A stretch of DNA of 32,000 nucleotides from an uncultured Opitutales bacterium (lineage in GTDB: Bacteria > Verrucomicrobiota > Verrucomicrobiia > Opitutales > Intestinicryptomonadaceae), in NCBI GenBank assembly GCA_934613415.1, contig CAKTSY010000001.1:240001-272000 (forward strand). Reading direction: 5' to 3'. How positions within the stretch are numbered: position 1 is the stretch's first letter; each line of letters starts with the position of its first letter. Positions 1-8,213 of the stretch are shown piece after piece. Under the pieces are notes generated by a model, which saw only the letters and a list, made by a program, of their open reading frames with translations, did not search any database and was not told where the DNA came from. The translations under genes and the position numbers were made by a program.

Positions 1-1482
1 GACTACGAAAAGCCGTTTTTCACCCACGGCAAAGTTTCGTGGATAAGCCCCGACAAATCGGAATTCGACTTAAAATTCGACAACACAATTTACAGACCCA
101 AGGGCGGCGAAAGCGTACCTTCGTGGTCTGAAGTTTACGGCGAAAGGCTTTTTAGCGTAAGCGGAGGGCTTTTTGTAAACTATCAAGTTTCGCAAACGCG
201 CCTAATTGCTCCAAATTTAATTAGGGTATCGTGCACGCATTCAATAGACCCCCTAAAAATTGGAATGGAGATTATGCTGCGCCACCACACCTACAGCGGT
301 TCTATTTTCAGGCTGCACCATTCTAAAAACCACAAGATAGAAAATGTAAACATATATTCTGGAATGGGTATGGGCATTGTCGGGCAATATCTAGATTCCA
401 TAGAAATTAAAAACGTAAACATTGCCCCCGCTCCCGATTCAAAAGTGCCCTATTCGGTAAGTTCCGACGCGATAAACCTGCTCGGCTGCTACGGAAAAAT
501 TTTGGTGGAAAACTGCTATGTAAAAGGCTCTAAAGACGATTCAATTAACGTGTTTAGCAACTACTATAAAATTAAAAGGCAAATAGCCCCCAACAAAATT
601 CAGCTGCACAGCCCCAAATTCAATTCGGGCGAAATGCCGCAAGACAAAGCAGGCGACACTTTGGTGTTTATGCGCAAAGACCTTAAAAAATATGCCTATC
701 GCAAAATAAAAAGCATAACGCAAAACTGGCAACAACGCTGCGCCGAAGTAGAGTTCGAAGAAGCTTTGCCAAAAGATGCAGACATTGCCAACGACATAAT
801 TTCCACAACAAAGCAGCCCAGCGAAATTGTTATGCGCTTTTGCAAGCTCGACAGCGAGGGCCGCATTTGCTGCCAGGCGTCGAATATGCTGGTTGAAGAT
901 TGCGAGCTTATAAATTCGGGAGGATTTCAACTAAACACCTGCGTGCAGCCGTGGTTTGAAGGCGTGCCCAGCAGCAACGTTGTTGTGCGCCGCTGCAGCT
1001 TTATAAACAGCAAAATTAACGGACATAGAAACCTGCCCGCCGTAATAATAGTTTCGGCCGAAGGCGCGGTTAAAGAGATTAACGACGGCCTGAGCCAGGG
1101 CGAAGTGCTAAACTGGCCCGTGCACAGCAATGTTGAAATTTCCGACAACAAAATTTTGGGCGGCGAAAATAGCGCAATGTTATTTGCAAACGTTAAAAAC
1201 CTTGTTGTTAAAAACAATTTTATAAGCGACTTTTGCACAAATACAAAAATCAAGCCTTGGCGCGTTCCAACCAGAACTTGGAACGCAAACGTTGTAAACT
1301 TTGTTTCGGGCATAGAAAACGCGGTGTTCGAAAACAACACCTACACCGATAAAAACGGAAAACCTGGCGTAATTGCCGTAGGCTTAGACATTCCCGAAAG
1401 CCAGATAGAATTTAAAAACAACAAGGGCTTTGTTGTAGAGCAAAAAGATATGTTCCCCGAACGCAAAAAAGGCGGGAAATAA
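1..1482 (+). CDS. Right-handed parallel beta-helix repeat protein, 5'-partial (possible glycosidase or polysaccharide-lyase fold)
   Basis: Frame 1 has no stop from base 1 to the listed ATG at 265, so the CDS most likely enters from the left edge. The translation shows repeated beta-helix-like rungs (IENVNIYSG, IKNVNIAP, LVENCYVKGSKDDSINV, VEDCELINSG, VVRRCSFINS, VEISDNKILGG, LVVKNNFISD, AVFENNTYTD). Stop at 1480-1482, followed by a hairpin terminator. Confidence 0.6.
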   Translation, partial: DYEKPFFTHGKVSWISPDKSEFDLKFDNTIYRPKGGESVPSWSEVYGERLFSVSGGLFVNYQVSQTRLIAPNLIRVSCTHSIDPLKIGMEIMLRHHTYSGSIFRLHHSKNHKIENVNIYSGMGMGIVGQYLDSIEIKNVNIAPAPDSKVPYSVSSDAINLLGCYGKILVENCYVKGSKDDSINVFSNYYKIKRQIAPNKIQLHSPKFNSGEMPQDKAGDTLVFMRKDLKKYAYRKIKSITQNWQQRCAEVEFEEALPKDADIANDIISTTKQPSEIVMRFCKLDSEGRICCQASNMLVEDCELINSGGFQLNTCVQPWFEGVPSSNVVVRRCSFINSKINGHRNLPAVIIVSAEGAVKEINDGLSQGEVLNWPVHSNVEISDNKILGGENSAMLFANVKNLVVKNNFISDFCTNTKIKPWRVPTRTWNANVVNFVSGIENAVFENNTYTDKNGKPGVIAVGLDIPESQIEFKNNKGFVVEQKDMFPERKKGGK

Positions 1483-1521
1483 CCAAAAGCCTACAAAGGA
1501 TTAACACCCCAACAAAAACGC

Positions 1522-1552
1522 AAAACGCGCCGAAACTAACACGGCGCGTTTT
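1522..1552. terminator. Bidirectional rho-independent terminator between convergent genes
   Basis: Perfect 11-bp inverted repeat aaaacgcgccg (1522-1532) / cggcgcgtttt (1542-1552) with a 9-nt loop. The A/T runs form part of the arms, so either strand reads stem plus U-tract. It lies between the beta-helix CDS stop (1482) and the pilT stop (1584). Confidence 0.75.
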
Positions 1553-1583
1553 TGCTTTATATGAGAATAAAAAAGGGGAAATT

Positions 1584-2639
1584 CTACAAAACAAACTCTC
1601 CGTTCGGGTAATATTTTTTGGCATTTTCAAGCGTAATTACGCCCTTTTGCACCAGACGCGCATAGCTTTCTTTCATAGTAAGCATACCCATATTAGACGA
1701 TGTCTGCAAAACGTTTTGAATCATATTCGTCTTCGATTCCCTTATAAGATTTTTTACCGCCGCGTTAGAAATTAAAAATTCGAATGCCGCTTTGCGCGTA
1801 GAATTTTTTGCGGGAATTAGCGACTGAATTAAAACGCCCAAAAGAACGTCCGACAAAACCGTTCTAATTTGCCTTTGTTCTTCGGGAGCAAAATAGTCTA
1901 TTATTCTTTCTATGCAACCCGACGAACTTGATGTGTGCATTGTGGCCAAAACCAAGTGCCCGGTTTCGGCAAGTTTCATTGCAGCCCTTACGGTGTCTTG
2001 GTCGCGCATTTCGCCAATCATAATAATGTCGGGGTCTTCCCTTAATGCCGACCTTAGCCCCGAGGCAAAGCTTTTTGTATGCAAACCAACCTGCCTTTGG
2101 TTTATAAGGCATTTTTTGCTTTTAAATACATATTCTACGGGGTCTTCTATTGTAATTATGTGCAGGTTGCGTTCGTTGTTTGCAAGCTCTATAAGCGAGG
2201 CTAGCGTTGTGCTTTTGCCCGAGCCGCTTGCACCCGCAATAATTATAATACCGTTTGCCCTGCGGCTTAAATTAACCAAACCTTCGGGCAGCCCAATTTC
2301 GCGCGGCGTTAAAATGTGTTTGTCTATAATTCTTATTGCAACGTTGTCGCCGGTAAAATCCCTAAAGGCGTTAACCCTTAGGCGGTTTTGAGAAAATTCA
2401 AGCGAAAAGTCTATTTCGCTGCCGTCGGCATATGTTGTTTGCAGTTTTTGGCGGAACACTTCGTTCGGCAAATACGACAATATTTCCTGAACAATTTTGC
2501 TGGAATTTATAGGCGATTCGAACGGCGAAACAATGCTGTTGTCTATTCTATATCTGACAACTTCGCCGTTGCATATGTGTATATCGGAAGCCCTGTGTGC
2601 AATCCCGTATTTTATTATTCCGTCAAGTATCTCGTTCAT
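1584..2639 (-). CDS. pilT: PilT-family type IV pilus retraction ATPase
   Basis: 351 aa. Walker A AGASGSGKSTT, Asp box IITIEDPVEY, Walker B DPDIIMIGEMRD, His box GHLVLATMHT, and PilT signature AVKNLIRE (AIRNLIRE in P. aeruginosa PilT). Length matches PilT/PilU. It lacks the long N-terminal domain and tetracysteine motif of GspE/PilB. Confidence 0.9.
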   Translation of the reverse strand: MNEILDGIIKYGIAHRASDIHICNGEVVRYRIDNSIVSPFESPINSSKIVQEILSYLPNEVFRQKLQTTYADGSEIDFSLEFSQNRLRVNAFRDFTGDNVAIRIIDKHILTPREIGLPEGLVNLSRRANGIIIIAGASGSGKSTTLASLIELANNERNLHIITIEDPVEYVFKSKKCLINQRQVGLHTKSFASGLRSALREDPDIIMIGEMRDQDTVRAAMKLAETGHLVLATMHTSSSSGCIERIIDYFAPEEQRQIRTVLSDVLLGVLIQSLIPAKNSTRKAAFEFLISNAAVKNLIRESKTNMIQNVLQTSSNMGMLTMKESYARLVQKGVITLENAKKYYPNGEFVL

Positions 2640-2675
2640 ATTTCGCCAGTATTTATATCGTTAAAAAGCCAATCA

Positions 2676-3725
2676 TCAATAACATTCCGAAGAATATTCC
2701 GAAATTCTTAAAATTTTTGCACCAACTTTAGAGTTTGAATTGCCGGAACGCCTGCGCGAACCCGAACTGCCTCCTTTTGTTCTTGAATTGCGCTTTGTGG
2801 ACGTTTGCGACATAGAGCTTTTTGGCTCTTCGCCATAGTAGGCGCATAACTCGAAAAACGCAGCCCCGCGCGAAACTTTTACCGAAATTTTAAGCAGCGA
2901 GCTTTCGCACGCAAAACCGTTCGACAAAAATTCTACGCCCCTGTTTTGCAAGTCGCTAAAATTGCGCACCCATGTTATGCCGTTTTCTACCGATACTCCT
3001 ACGCCCTTTATAGCGTCTATAACCGAGGCGTCCAGCTCTTTGTCCTGTTTTTTATAGAAGCTTTCTATAATGAACGCCGATGCCGTGTTTACATTTATTT
3101 TTTCGAAAAGCTCTAAAGAGGTGTTCTGCACAAACAATTTATAGTTGTCGTTTTCGCGCCCGTTTTCGTCAAAAAAATATTTATCGAAATTTTTTATAAA
3201 TCTTAATTCGTAAAAATCCCTTATGTTTCGGTTTGGCGGCTTTGGGGCGTTGCGGTCGTAATCGTCTGTTTCGGCCCCCTTTAGGCGCGGGTTCGAATCC
3301 GAATCTACCCAGTCCATAAAGCAGTCGGCAAGCTCTATGGCGTCGCTTTCGGGAATGTCCATTGTCTGGAAAAGCGCGCTTAAAATTTCGGCATTTGCGT
3401 TCGGCAGCGAAAGCTTTGCAGACTCGTCTGAAACGCTTACAAGCACTTTATTTTCGCTTAAAAATTCTATTCTGTTTTCGCTTAAAGGCAAATCCCAGCC
3501 CTGCTCTGCGGCAAAAATTCCGCCGTCTAAATAGCGGTATTCTTCAATAACCGCAATGGCGGCGTTTAGCGCGTTGTAGGCGTCTATTCTAAGCTGGGCG
3601 TTTTCCAAGTCGCAAGCTTTTGGGGCAACCGAGCTTTTTACCTTGTCGAAAACCAATACAAACATTGCCGACAACAACGCCATCATTCCCAAAACGTAAA
3701 CCAAAAGCGAAGCCCTTTTATTCAT
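2676..3725 (-). CDS. gspK: Type II secretion minor pseudopilin GspK-like protein
   Basis: Motifs DWVDSDSNPRLKGAETDDYD...PPNRNIRDFYELRFIKNF and INVNTA (helix-hairpin-helix) are typical of the T2SS GspK family. Start chosen at the internal ATG (3725; MNKRASLLVYVLGMMALLSAMFVLV, a hydrophobic N-terminal helix), giving an ATGAATAA overlap with the gspJ-like stop. The 40-aa upstream extension in the ORF track overlaps gspJ and is discounted. Confidence 0.8.
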   Translation of the reverse strand: MNKRASLLVYVLGMMALLSAMFVLVFDKVKSSVAPKACDLENAQLRIDAYNALNAAIAVIEEYRYLDGGIFAAEQGWDLPLSENRIEFLSENKVLVSVSDESAKLSLPNANAEILSALFQTMDIPESDAIELADCFMDWVDSDSNPRLKGAETDDYDRNAPKPPNRNIRDFYELRFIKNFDKYFFDENGRENDNYKLFVQNTSLELFEKINVNTASAFIIESFYKKQDKELDASVIDAIKGVGVSVENGITWVRNFSDLQNRGVEFLSNGFACESSLLKISVKVSRGAAFFELCAYYGEEPKSSMSQTSTKRNSRTKGGSSGSRRRSGNSNSKVGAKILRISEYSSECY

Positions 3726-4431
3726 ACTGAACAACCCCCCTTCTGCCGCTTTGCCTTTCCCTTGCCGACGCCTTTTTTTCGCCCTCCAAAAACGAGTATA
3801 GGGGAATATACCTTGTAAGATTTTTACCCGAATCGGAAAACACAATTTTTATATAGTGGGGAATAAGCCCCGCGTTGTCGCTGCTTTGCGAAATAGTTTC
3901 CTCCTCTTGCCAGCCGTATTCTTCCGAATAGAACATATACGAAACATCTGCTACGCAGTCGGAAATTTTTGTTTTGTAAATTGTGCGCTCGGTTTTTTCG
4001 TATTCTAAATCAACAAACGTCCATATAACAAAAAGCCCCGTATCTTTTTCGAATTTAAGCCAGCAAATTTTTTCTTTTGCAAAGCCGTCGGCAGCCAAAA
4101 ACAACGGGTGAAACCTCTCTATGCCGAAGCATAAATTAAGTTCCTCGGTATCGGTATTTTCGGGGTACTGCCCAATTCTAATCGTTCCCGTTGTAGTGTG
4201 CGTGTTGCCTACAAGCTCTTCGGGCATTCTTTGGGGGAAAGACGAATTTACAAAGGCGCACCTTAAAAACTTTTCGGCAGAAGTTGCCTTTTGCAAAAGT
4301 TCGGGCGCATTTTCGGCACTTTCCGACAGCTTTACCATTGAAAGGAAAAGCCATACGCACGACATCATTACCATTGCCGCCACAGCCAGCGACATTAAAA
4401 GCTCTATAAGTGAAAATGCGCGTCTTTTCAT
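3718..4431 (-). CDS. gspJ: Prepilin-type N-terminal cleavage/methylation domain protein, GspJ-like minor pseudopilin
   Basis: N-terminus MKRRAFSLIELLMSLAVAAMVMM (basic leader, F+1, E+5, hydrophobic helix). At 237 aa and positioned between the I-like and K-like genes, it matches canonical G-H-I-J-K order. ATGA overlap with the upstream gene. Confidence 0.6.
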   Translation of the reverse strand: MKRRAFSLIELLMSLAVAAMVMMSCVWLFLSMVKLSESAENAPELLQKATSAEKFLRCAFVNSSFPQRMPEELVGNTHTTTGTIRIGQYPENTDTEELNLCFGIERFHPLFLAADGFAKEKICWLKFEKDTGLFVIWTFVDLEYEKTERTIYKTKISDCVADVSYMFYSEEYGWQEEETISQSSDNAGLIPHYIKIVFSDSGKNLTRYIPLYSFLEGEKKASARERQSGRRGVVQYE

Positions 4432-4883
4432 TTTTTATGCCTTTGCGAATAGTCGCTTATGCGCTTTTGTTCCAAATAATCGCGCCTGTCGTCTATAAGA
4501 GTTTGGCGCGTGTCGGAATTTTCGTACCACGAGCTTCTTATTACATATAAATTTTCGGTATACGAAAATTCCTGCGATTTAACCGAAGCGGTAATCAAAA
4601 ACAAATCGGGTATTTGGGTTTCCTCTATTTGGCATACAACTTCGGCTTTTGAGGAATCGAACAAGTCGCACTCTATGCCCGATTCCAAATCGTCACGTGA
4701 GGAAATTTCCAGAATTTTGGTTCGTATAAATTCGCGCTGGGCATCGAAATCGGGATTCTTTTCGGGCAAGTCTACCAAGCATTTTAGGTTGTATACCGCA
4801 CCGCCTATAGACGTTGCCATAAGCACAAAAATTGCAAGGGCTGCAATGGTTTCTACCAAAGTAAATGCGGCTTTAGTTTTCAT
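4428..4883 (-). CDS. gspI: Prepilin-type N-terminal cleavage/methylation domain protein, GspI-like minor pseudopilin
   Basis: N-terminus MKTKAAFTLVETIAALAIFVLMA. 151 aa. The assignment to GspI is by position and size only. 11-nt overlap with the upstream gene. Confidence 0.6.
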   Translation of the reverse strand: MKTKAAFTLVETIAALAIFVLMATSIGGAVYNLKCLVDLPEKNPDFDAQREFIRTKILEISSRDDLESGIECDLFDSSKAEVVCQIEETQIPDLFLITASVKSQEFSYTENLYVIRSSWYENSDTRQTLIDDRRDYLEQKRISDYSQRHKK

Positions 4884-5370
4884 CTTTTACAAGCACCCCC
4901 GAAAATGTGTCGCATTTAAACTCGTAATTTTCGTTCTTATAGCCGAACAAAATTTTTGCCGGCGTGCACGTTCCGTCGGGGAAAAACGAAAGCTCTCTTA
5001 GCTCTTTAAGCTCGCCGAAGGTATGCTGCGAAATATTTACCGTTTCCGGATACACTGGCTCGAAGGTAAGCGATATTTCGCTTTGGGGAAATTTATAGCG
5101 CGCAATTTCACGCATAGTTTCGCCGCAGCAAAGCACTAGGTTTGCGCTTTCGGTGTCGAAAAGCAAAACCGTTTTAGTTCCATTTTCGGCAGCGCAGTTA
5201 TACGCCCTTTTTACGGCGTTTGCCAAAACCTGCGTTGGCGACTGCGAATTTACCGAATTTAAAAGCGAGTCGAAATTCGCCGAAATTACACCCACTAACA
5301 CGCATATTATTGCCAGACACACAACCGTTTCCAGCAACGTGAATGCGCGGCGCGGTGCGTTAAAATACAT
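4873..5370 (-). CDS. gspH: Prepilin-type N-terminal cleavage/methylation domain protein, GspH-like minor pseudopilin
   Basis: N-terminus MYFNAPRRAFTLLETVVCLAIICVLVGV. 165 aa. It starts 6 nt after the gspG stop. The assignment to GspH is by position and size only. Confidence 0.6.
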   Translation of the reverse strand: MYFNAPRRAFTLLETVVCLAIICVLVGVISANFDSLLNSVNSQSPTQVLANAVKRAYNCAAENGTKTVLLFDTESANLVLCCGETMREIARYKFPQSEISLTFEPVYPETVNISQHTFGELKELRELSFFPDGTCTPAKILFGYKNENYEFKCDTFSGVLVKDEN

Positions 5371-5376
5371 AGGGCG

Positions 5377-5826
5377 TTATTCTTCGCTAACCCAGTTGCC
5401 TATGTCGTCGTCGGTACCGTCTTTGCCGTCGGGGCCGGCCGACCACAAGTCGTACGAGTCTTTATTGTGCTCGCCAGGACACGCATACATATATTTATTG
5501 CCCCAAGGGTCTGGCTGCAGCTGCTTAATATAGGGGCCATTCCAACGCGAGTCTTCTTCGGGCGACTTTACAAGAGCTTCCAAACCCTCTTCGGTGGTAG
5601 GATACCTGCCCATAGAAATTTTATACGCCATAAGCGGGGCGGACATTGTTCCGTTTACAAAAGTCTTTGCCACTTTCGACTGACTTTCGGAGTACAGCCC
5701 GTCGAGATTGCCCACAACAAGCGACATAAGCAGCGCAAGGAGGGCAACAACCAAAATTATTTCCATAAGCGTAAACGCTTTGCGACTTTTGTTTTTACGA
5801 AATTTCATAATATTGGTTAAACGCAT
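5377..5826 (-). CDS. gspG: Type II secretion major pseudopilin GspG
   Basis: Prepilin leader ...KSRKAFTLMEIILVVALLALL plus a GspG-type globular domain (GRYPTTEEGLEALV, DPWGNKYMY, YDLWSAGPDGKDGTDDDIGNW). It aligns by eye along its length with P. aeruginosa XcpT. An alternative ATG at 5808 (MKFRKNKSRKA|F) would give a more typical 11-aa leader. Confidence 0.9.
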   Translation of the reverse strand: MRLTNIMKFRKNKSRKAFTLMEIILVVALLALLMSLVVGNLDGLYSESQSKVAKTFVNGTMSAPLMAYKISMGRYPTTEEGLEALVKSPEEDSRWNGPYIKQLQPDPWGNKYMYACPGEHNKDSYDLWSAGPDGKDGTDDDIGNWVSEE

Positions 5827-5847
5827 TTTTTTAGAATTTGTTTCGGA

Positions 5848-8157
5848 TTAATTTTTCTTTTCTATAAAGCAGGCAATGTCGTATTTAAACGCAGCAGTTC
5901 TAAGCTTTAAAGTGCCTGCATTGTCGGTCTTTAACACGCCCGAAACTATTTCCTTGCCCAAATACGAATCGAACCAAACAATGCGGTATTCGCTGTTTGC
6001 GTCGAGATTTTCTATTGCATATTCGAAGGGCTTTAGGTCTGGGATTGTCTTTTTATGCAAGCCGTATTTAAAGAAGCCCCAGCTGTTTGTGCCTGCCCTT
6101 TTAAACCAAAGAACAGTTTTTGCTCCGCTTTTTGCGCCCAAAACCGAAACTTGATTTACGCCGCCTGCCGAGCCAATGCCCGCAAATTCTATCGAGGCAA
6201 TATCGGCATACGACGGGTTTTGCCAGTCTTTAGATTTTACTTCTAGCGAAAGTTTGTGTTTGCCAGCGGGGAATTTAAACGAAACCTTTTCGGCGCACAT
6301 AATTTTTTGCGCGTCTTCGTCGGGCAAAACTGTGGCGTTTGCATAGCTTGCCGGATTTATCGTTTTTGTAGCCGCCAAAACATCGTCTACCATAAACGAC
6401 AATTCAAAGGAATTTTCGGATTTTTTTACCGCGTTTATATTGAAAGTAATTGTGCCTGCCGCCGTGTTTTTGTCGATATTTATAACCATTGGGCAGTTGT
6501 CGGTAAGCCTGCCTGCCAGCGTATTTTTAACCAAAACACCGTTGTTTATTTCGGCAACGTTCAGGTTTTCGTCGGTCATAATTTCGGGGTGGGTTGCGCC
6601 GAAGGCCGGCAAAACCTCCAGTTTGTTTTCGCCCCTGCGCTGAAAAAGAACAACGCCCTTTAAGCGCAACGACTGCATTTTTGAATAGTCTAATTTTGCC
6701 AAATCGGCAAATGCCCTAACCGCCTTATAGTTGTAAAACGCCTCGCGCTTTACAAGCATTTGATAGTCGTCTGGCATAGGCAAAATGGGACATTGCGACA
6801 TAAAGCCGCCCCACAAGGCATCGTGAAAATGCATCATTTTTAGGTCTAGGTGCCCGCTTTTGTTTTTGTCCAACCCAAGAGATGCAAAAAAGGCAGGCTT
6901 TGCATATTTCTTTGCAAAAAATTCGCACTGTTCGTTTACCGCAAAAGCGTAGTCGCGCAAATTTGCAGATTCCATAGCCACCATTGCCGAATATTCGCCA
7001 GCCCAAAGGGAATCTAACACCGAAGAAGTAGCCGCAGTAGAAAGGTTCATTCTTTGGGTAATGTCTATTTCCTTTATTGTGTTGGTCATTTCGTCCAACC
7101 ACATAATTTTGCCTTCAATGTCTTTTAGCGAATATTTGTCGATTGCAGAATATAAATTCCACGCCAAAAATTCTTTTTGATAGCCATACCTTGCAACAAA
7201 GTAGCGTATAAAATCTTTAAAGTACGTCTTAGATTCTTCGCTTGCCATAAACTGCTTTATGTCTTTTGCAGTTTTTGCGGGGAAAGACGCAATGTAGTTT
7301 TGCCCCTTAAACGAATCGTCGCTTAAAAACGAAATTATAAGTTTTACATTGTTGTTTTTAGCGGCTTCAAAAAGGCGGTCTAGAGAGTGAAAGGCGTCTT
7401 TGTTAAAATAGCCGTCTTTAACTTCGTAGGCCAAGTCGCTGGAGGCATCGACAACGGGCTTGCCCATATTGAAAAAACTCCAAAAATCGGCAAACGAAAT
7501 TCTTGCTATGTTGCAGCCGTTTTCGGCAAGCGTTTTTATTTGCGAAATTGTTTCGTCTACATTCGAGCCTAAAACAATGTTTGCGCCAATGCCCCTAAAT
7601 GCCGCCGAATTTTCGTCGAACAAGGCGTAATTAGAGGTTTTTGCGGGCTTGTATATTTCGCTAGAAATGTCGGAATTTGCAACCGTAAACGAAATTTCTT
7701 CGGAATCTTGAAAGCCGTCTTTTGCCTTTAGGTTAAATTGAACCTTGCTTGCCCCCGAATGCAAAAGCGGGCATTTTAGTGTCCAGTAGGAAATGTCGCC
7801 CTTTTTGCCTGTAAAATACAAAGGCCAAACATAGCTTTGCGAGCCGCATGTTATGGTAGCGTCCAAAGCAATATCGCCAGAATTGAAGGGGTTTTCAAAT
7901 TTCTTTTCGATTTCTACCGTGGCAAACAAAACCGAATTTTTAGAAAGGGCTTCGTGTTTAACTTCGGTTTTAAGAAACGGGCCTTCGGGCTTTTGCGGCT
8001 GGGCTTGCTCCGGTTCTTGGGGAACGTCTTCAAAAGTTTCGGCAACTTCGGCCGCCTTTTGTTCGGGCTTGTTTTGCTCTTCTTTTTTGCCGCAGCCTGC
8101 AATCAGCAAAAACGCCGCAATTAGCGAAATAAGTTTAAAAAAGTTTTTATGGTTCAT
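5848..8157 (-). CDS. Large lipoprotein, putative secreted glycoside hydrolase-like protein
   Basis: 769 aa. MNHKNFFKLISLIAAFLLIAGC is a signal peptide plus lipobox (L-I-A-G|C), followed by an E/Q/P/K-rich linker. The central part resembles TIM-barrel glycosidases by eye (GANIVLG...NGCNIARISF, NNVKLIISF), with beta-rich N- and C-terminal regions. The family cannot be fixed without an HMM search. Confidence 0.6.
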   Translation of the reverse strand: MNHKNFFKLISLIAAFLLIAGCGKKEEQNKPEQKAAEVAETFEDVPQEPEQAQPQKPEGPFLKTEVKHEALSKNSVLFATVEIEKKFENPFNSGDIALDATITCGSQSYVWPLYFTGKKGDISYWTLKCPLLHSGASKVQFNLKAKDGFQDSEEISFTVANSDISSEIYKPAKTSNYALFDENSAAFRGIGANIVLGSNVDETISQIKTLAENGCNIARISFADFWSFFNMGKPVVDASSDLAYEVKDGYFNKDAFHSLDRLFEAAKNNNVKLIISFLSDDSFKGQNYIASFPAKTAKDIKQFMASEESKTYFKDFIRYFVARYGYQKEFLAWNLYSAIDKYSLKDIEGKIMWLDEMTNTIKEIDITQRMNLSTAATSSVLDSLWAGEYSAMVAMESANLRDYAFAVNEQCEFFAKKYAKPAFFASLGLDKNKSGHLDLKMMHFHDALWGGFMSQCPILPMPDDYQMLVKREAFYNYKAVRAFADLAKLDYSKMQSLRLKGVVLFQRRGENKLEVLPAFGATHPEIMTDENLNVAEINNGVLVKNTLAGRLTDNCPMVINIDKNTAAGTITFNINAVKKSENSFELSFMVDDVLAATKTINPASYANATVLPDEDAQKIMCAEKVSFKFPAGKHKLSLEVKSKDWQNPSYADIASIEFAGIGSAGGVNQVSVLGAKSGAKTVLWFKRAGTNSWGFFKYGLHKKTIPDLKPFEYAIENLDANSEYRIVWFDSYLGKEIVSGVLKTDNAGTLKLRTAAFKYDIACFIEKKN

Positions 8158-8213
8158 TTAGGGTAATGGGTTGTTGTTAATCTTTAAAAATTTTTGTAAA
8201 AAAGCTTTGCGCC

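Noticed and set aside
1912-2391. 159-aa + strand ORF, plus similar long antisense ORFs at 8272-8757, 8289-8840, 9514-10146, 10143-10733, 13192-13557, 21834-22376 and 25080-25526.
   Set aside because: Each lies wholly opposite a gene with unmistakable family motifs on the other strand (pilT, hemD, M42 peptidase, valS, proB and others). Their translations are low-complexity or Leu/Ser/Arg/Phe-rich shadow sequence with no recognisable motif.
3290-3300. GGTTCGAATCC, the classic tRNA T-arm/T-loop sequence.
   Set aside because: The flanks cannot form a 5-bp T-stem (only about 3 bp pair), and no acceptor or anticodon arms are evident. The motif is in frame within the conserved GspK segment DSDSNPRLKG.
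3726-3845. 40-codon N-terminal extension of the GspK-like ORF in the ORF track.
   Set aside because: It overlaps the 3' end of the gspJ-like gene in another frame and encodes an Arg/Lys-rich non-signal sequence. The internal ATG at 3725 gives the expected hydrophobic N-terminus and a typical ATGA-style coupling overlap.
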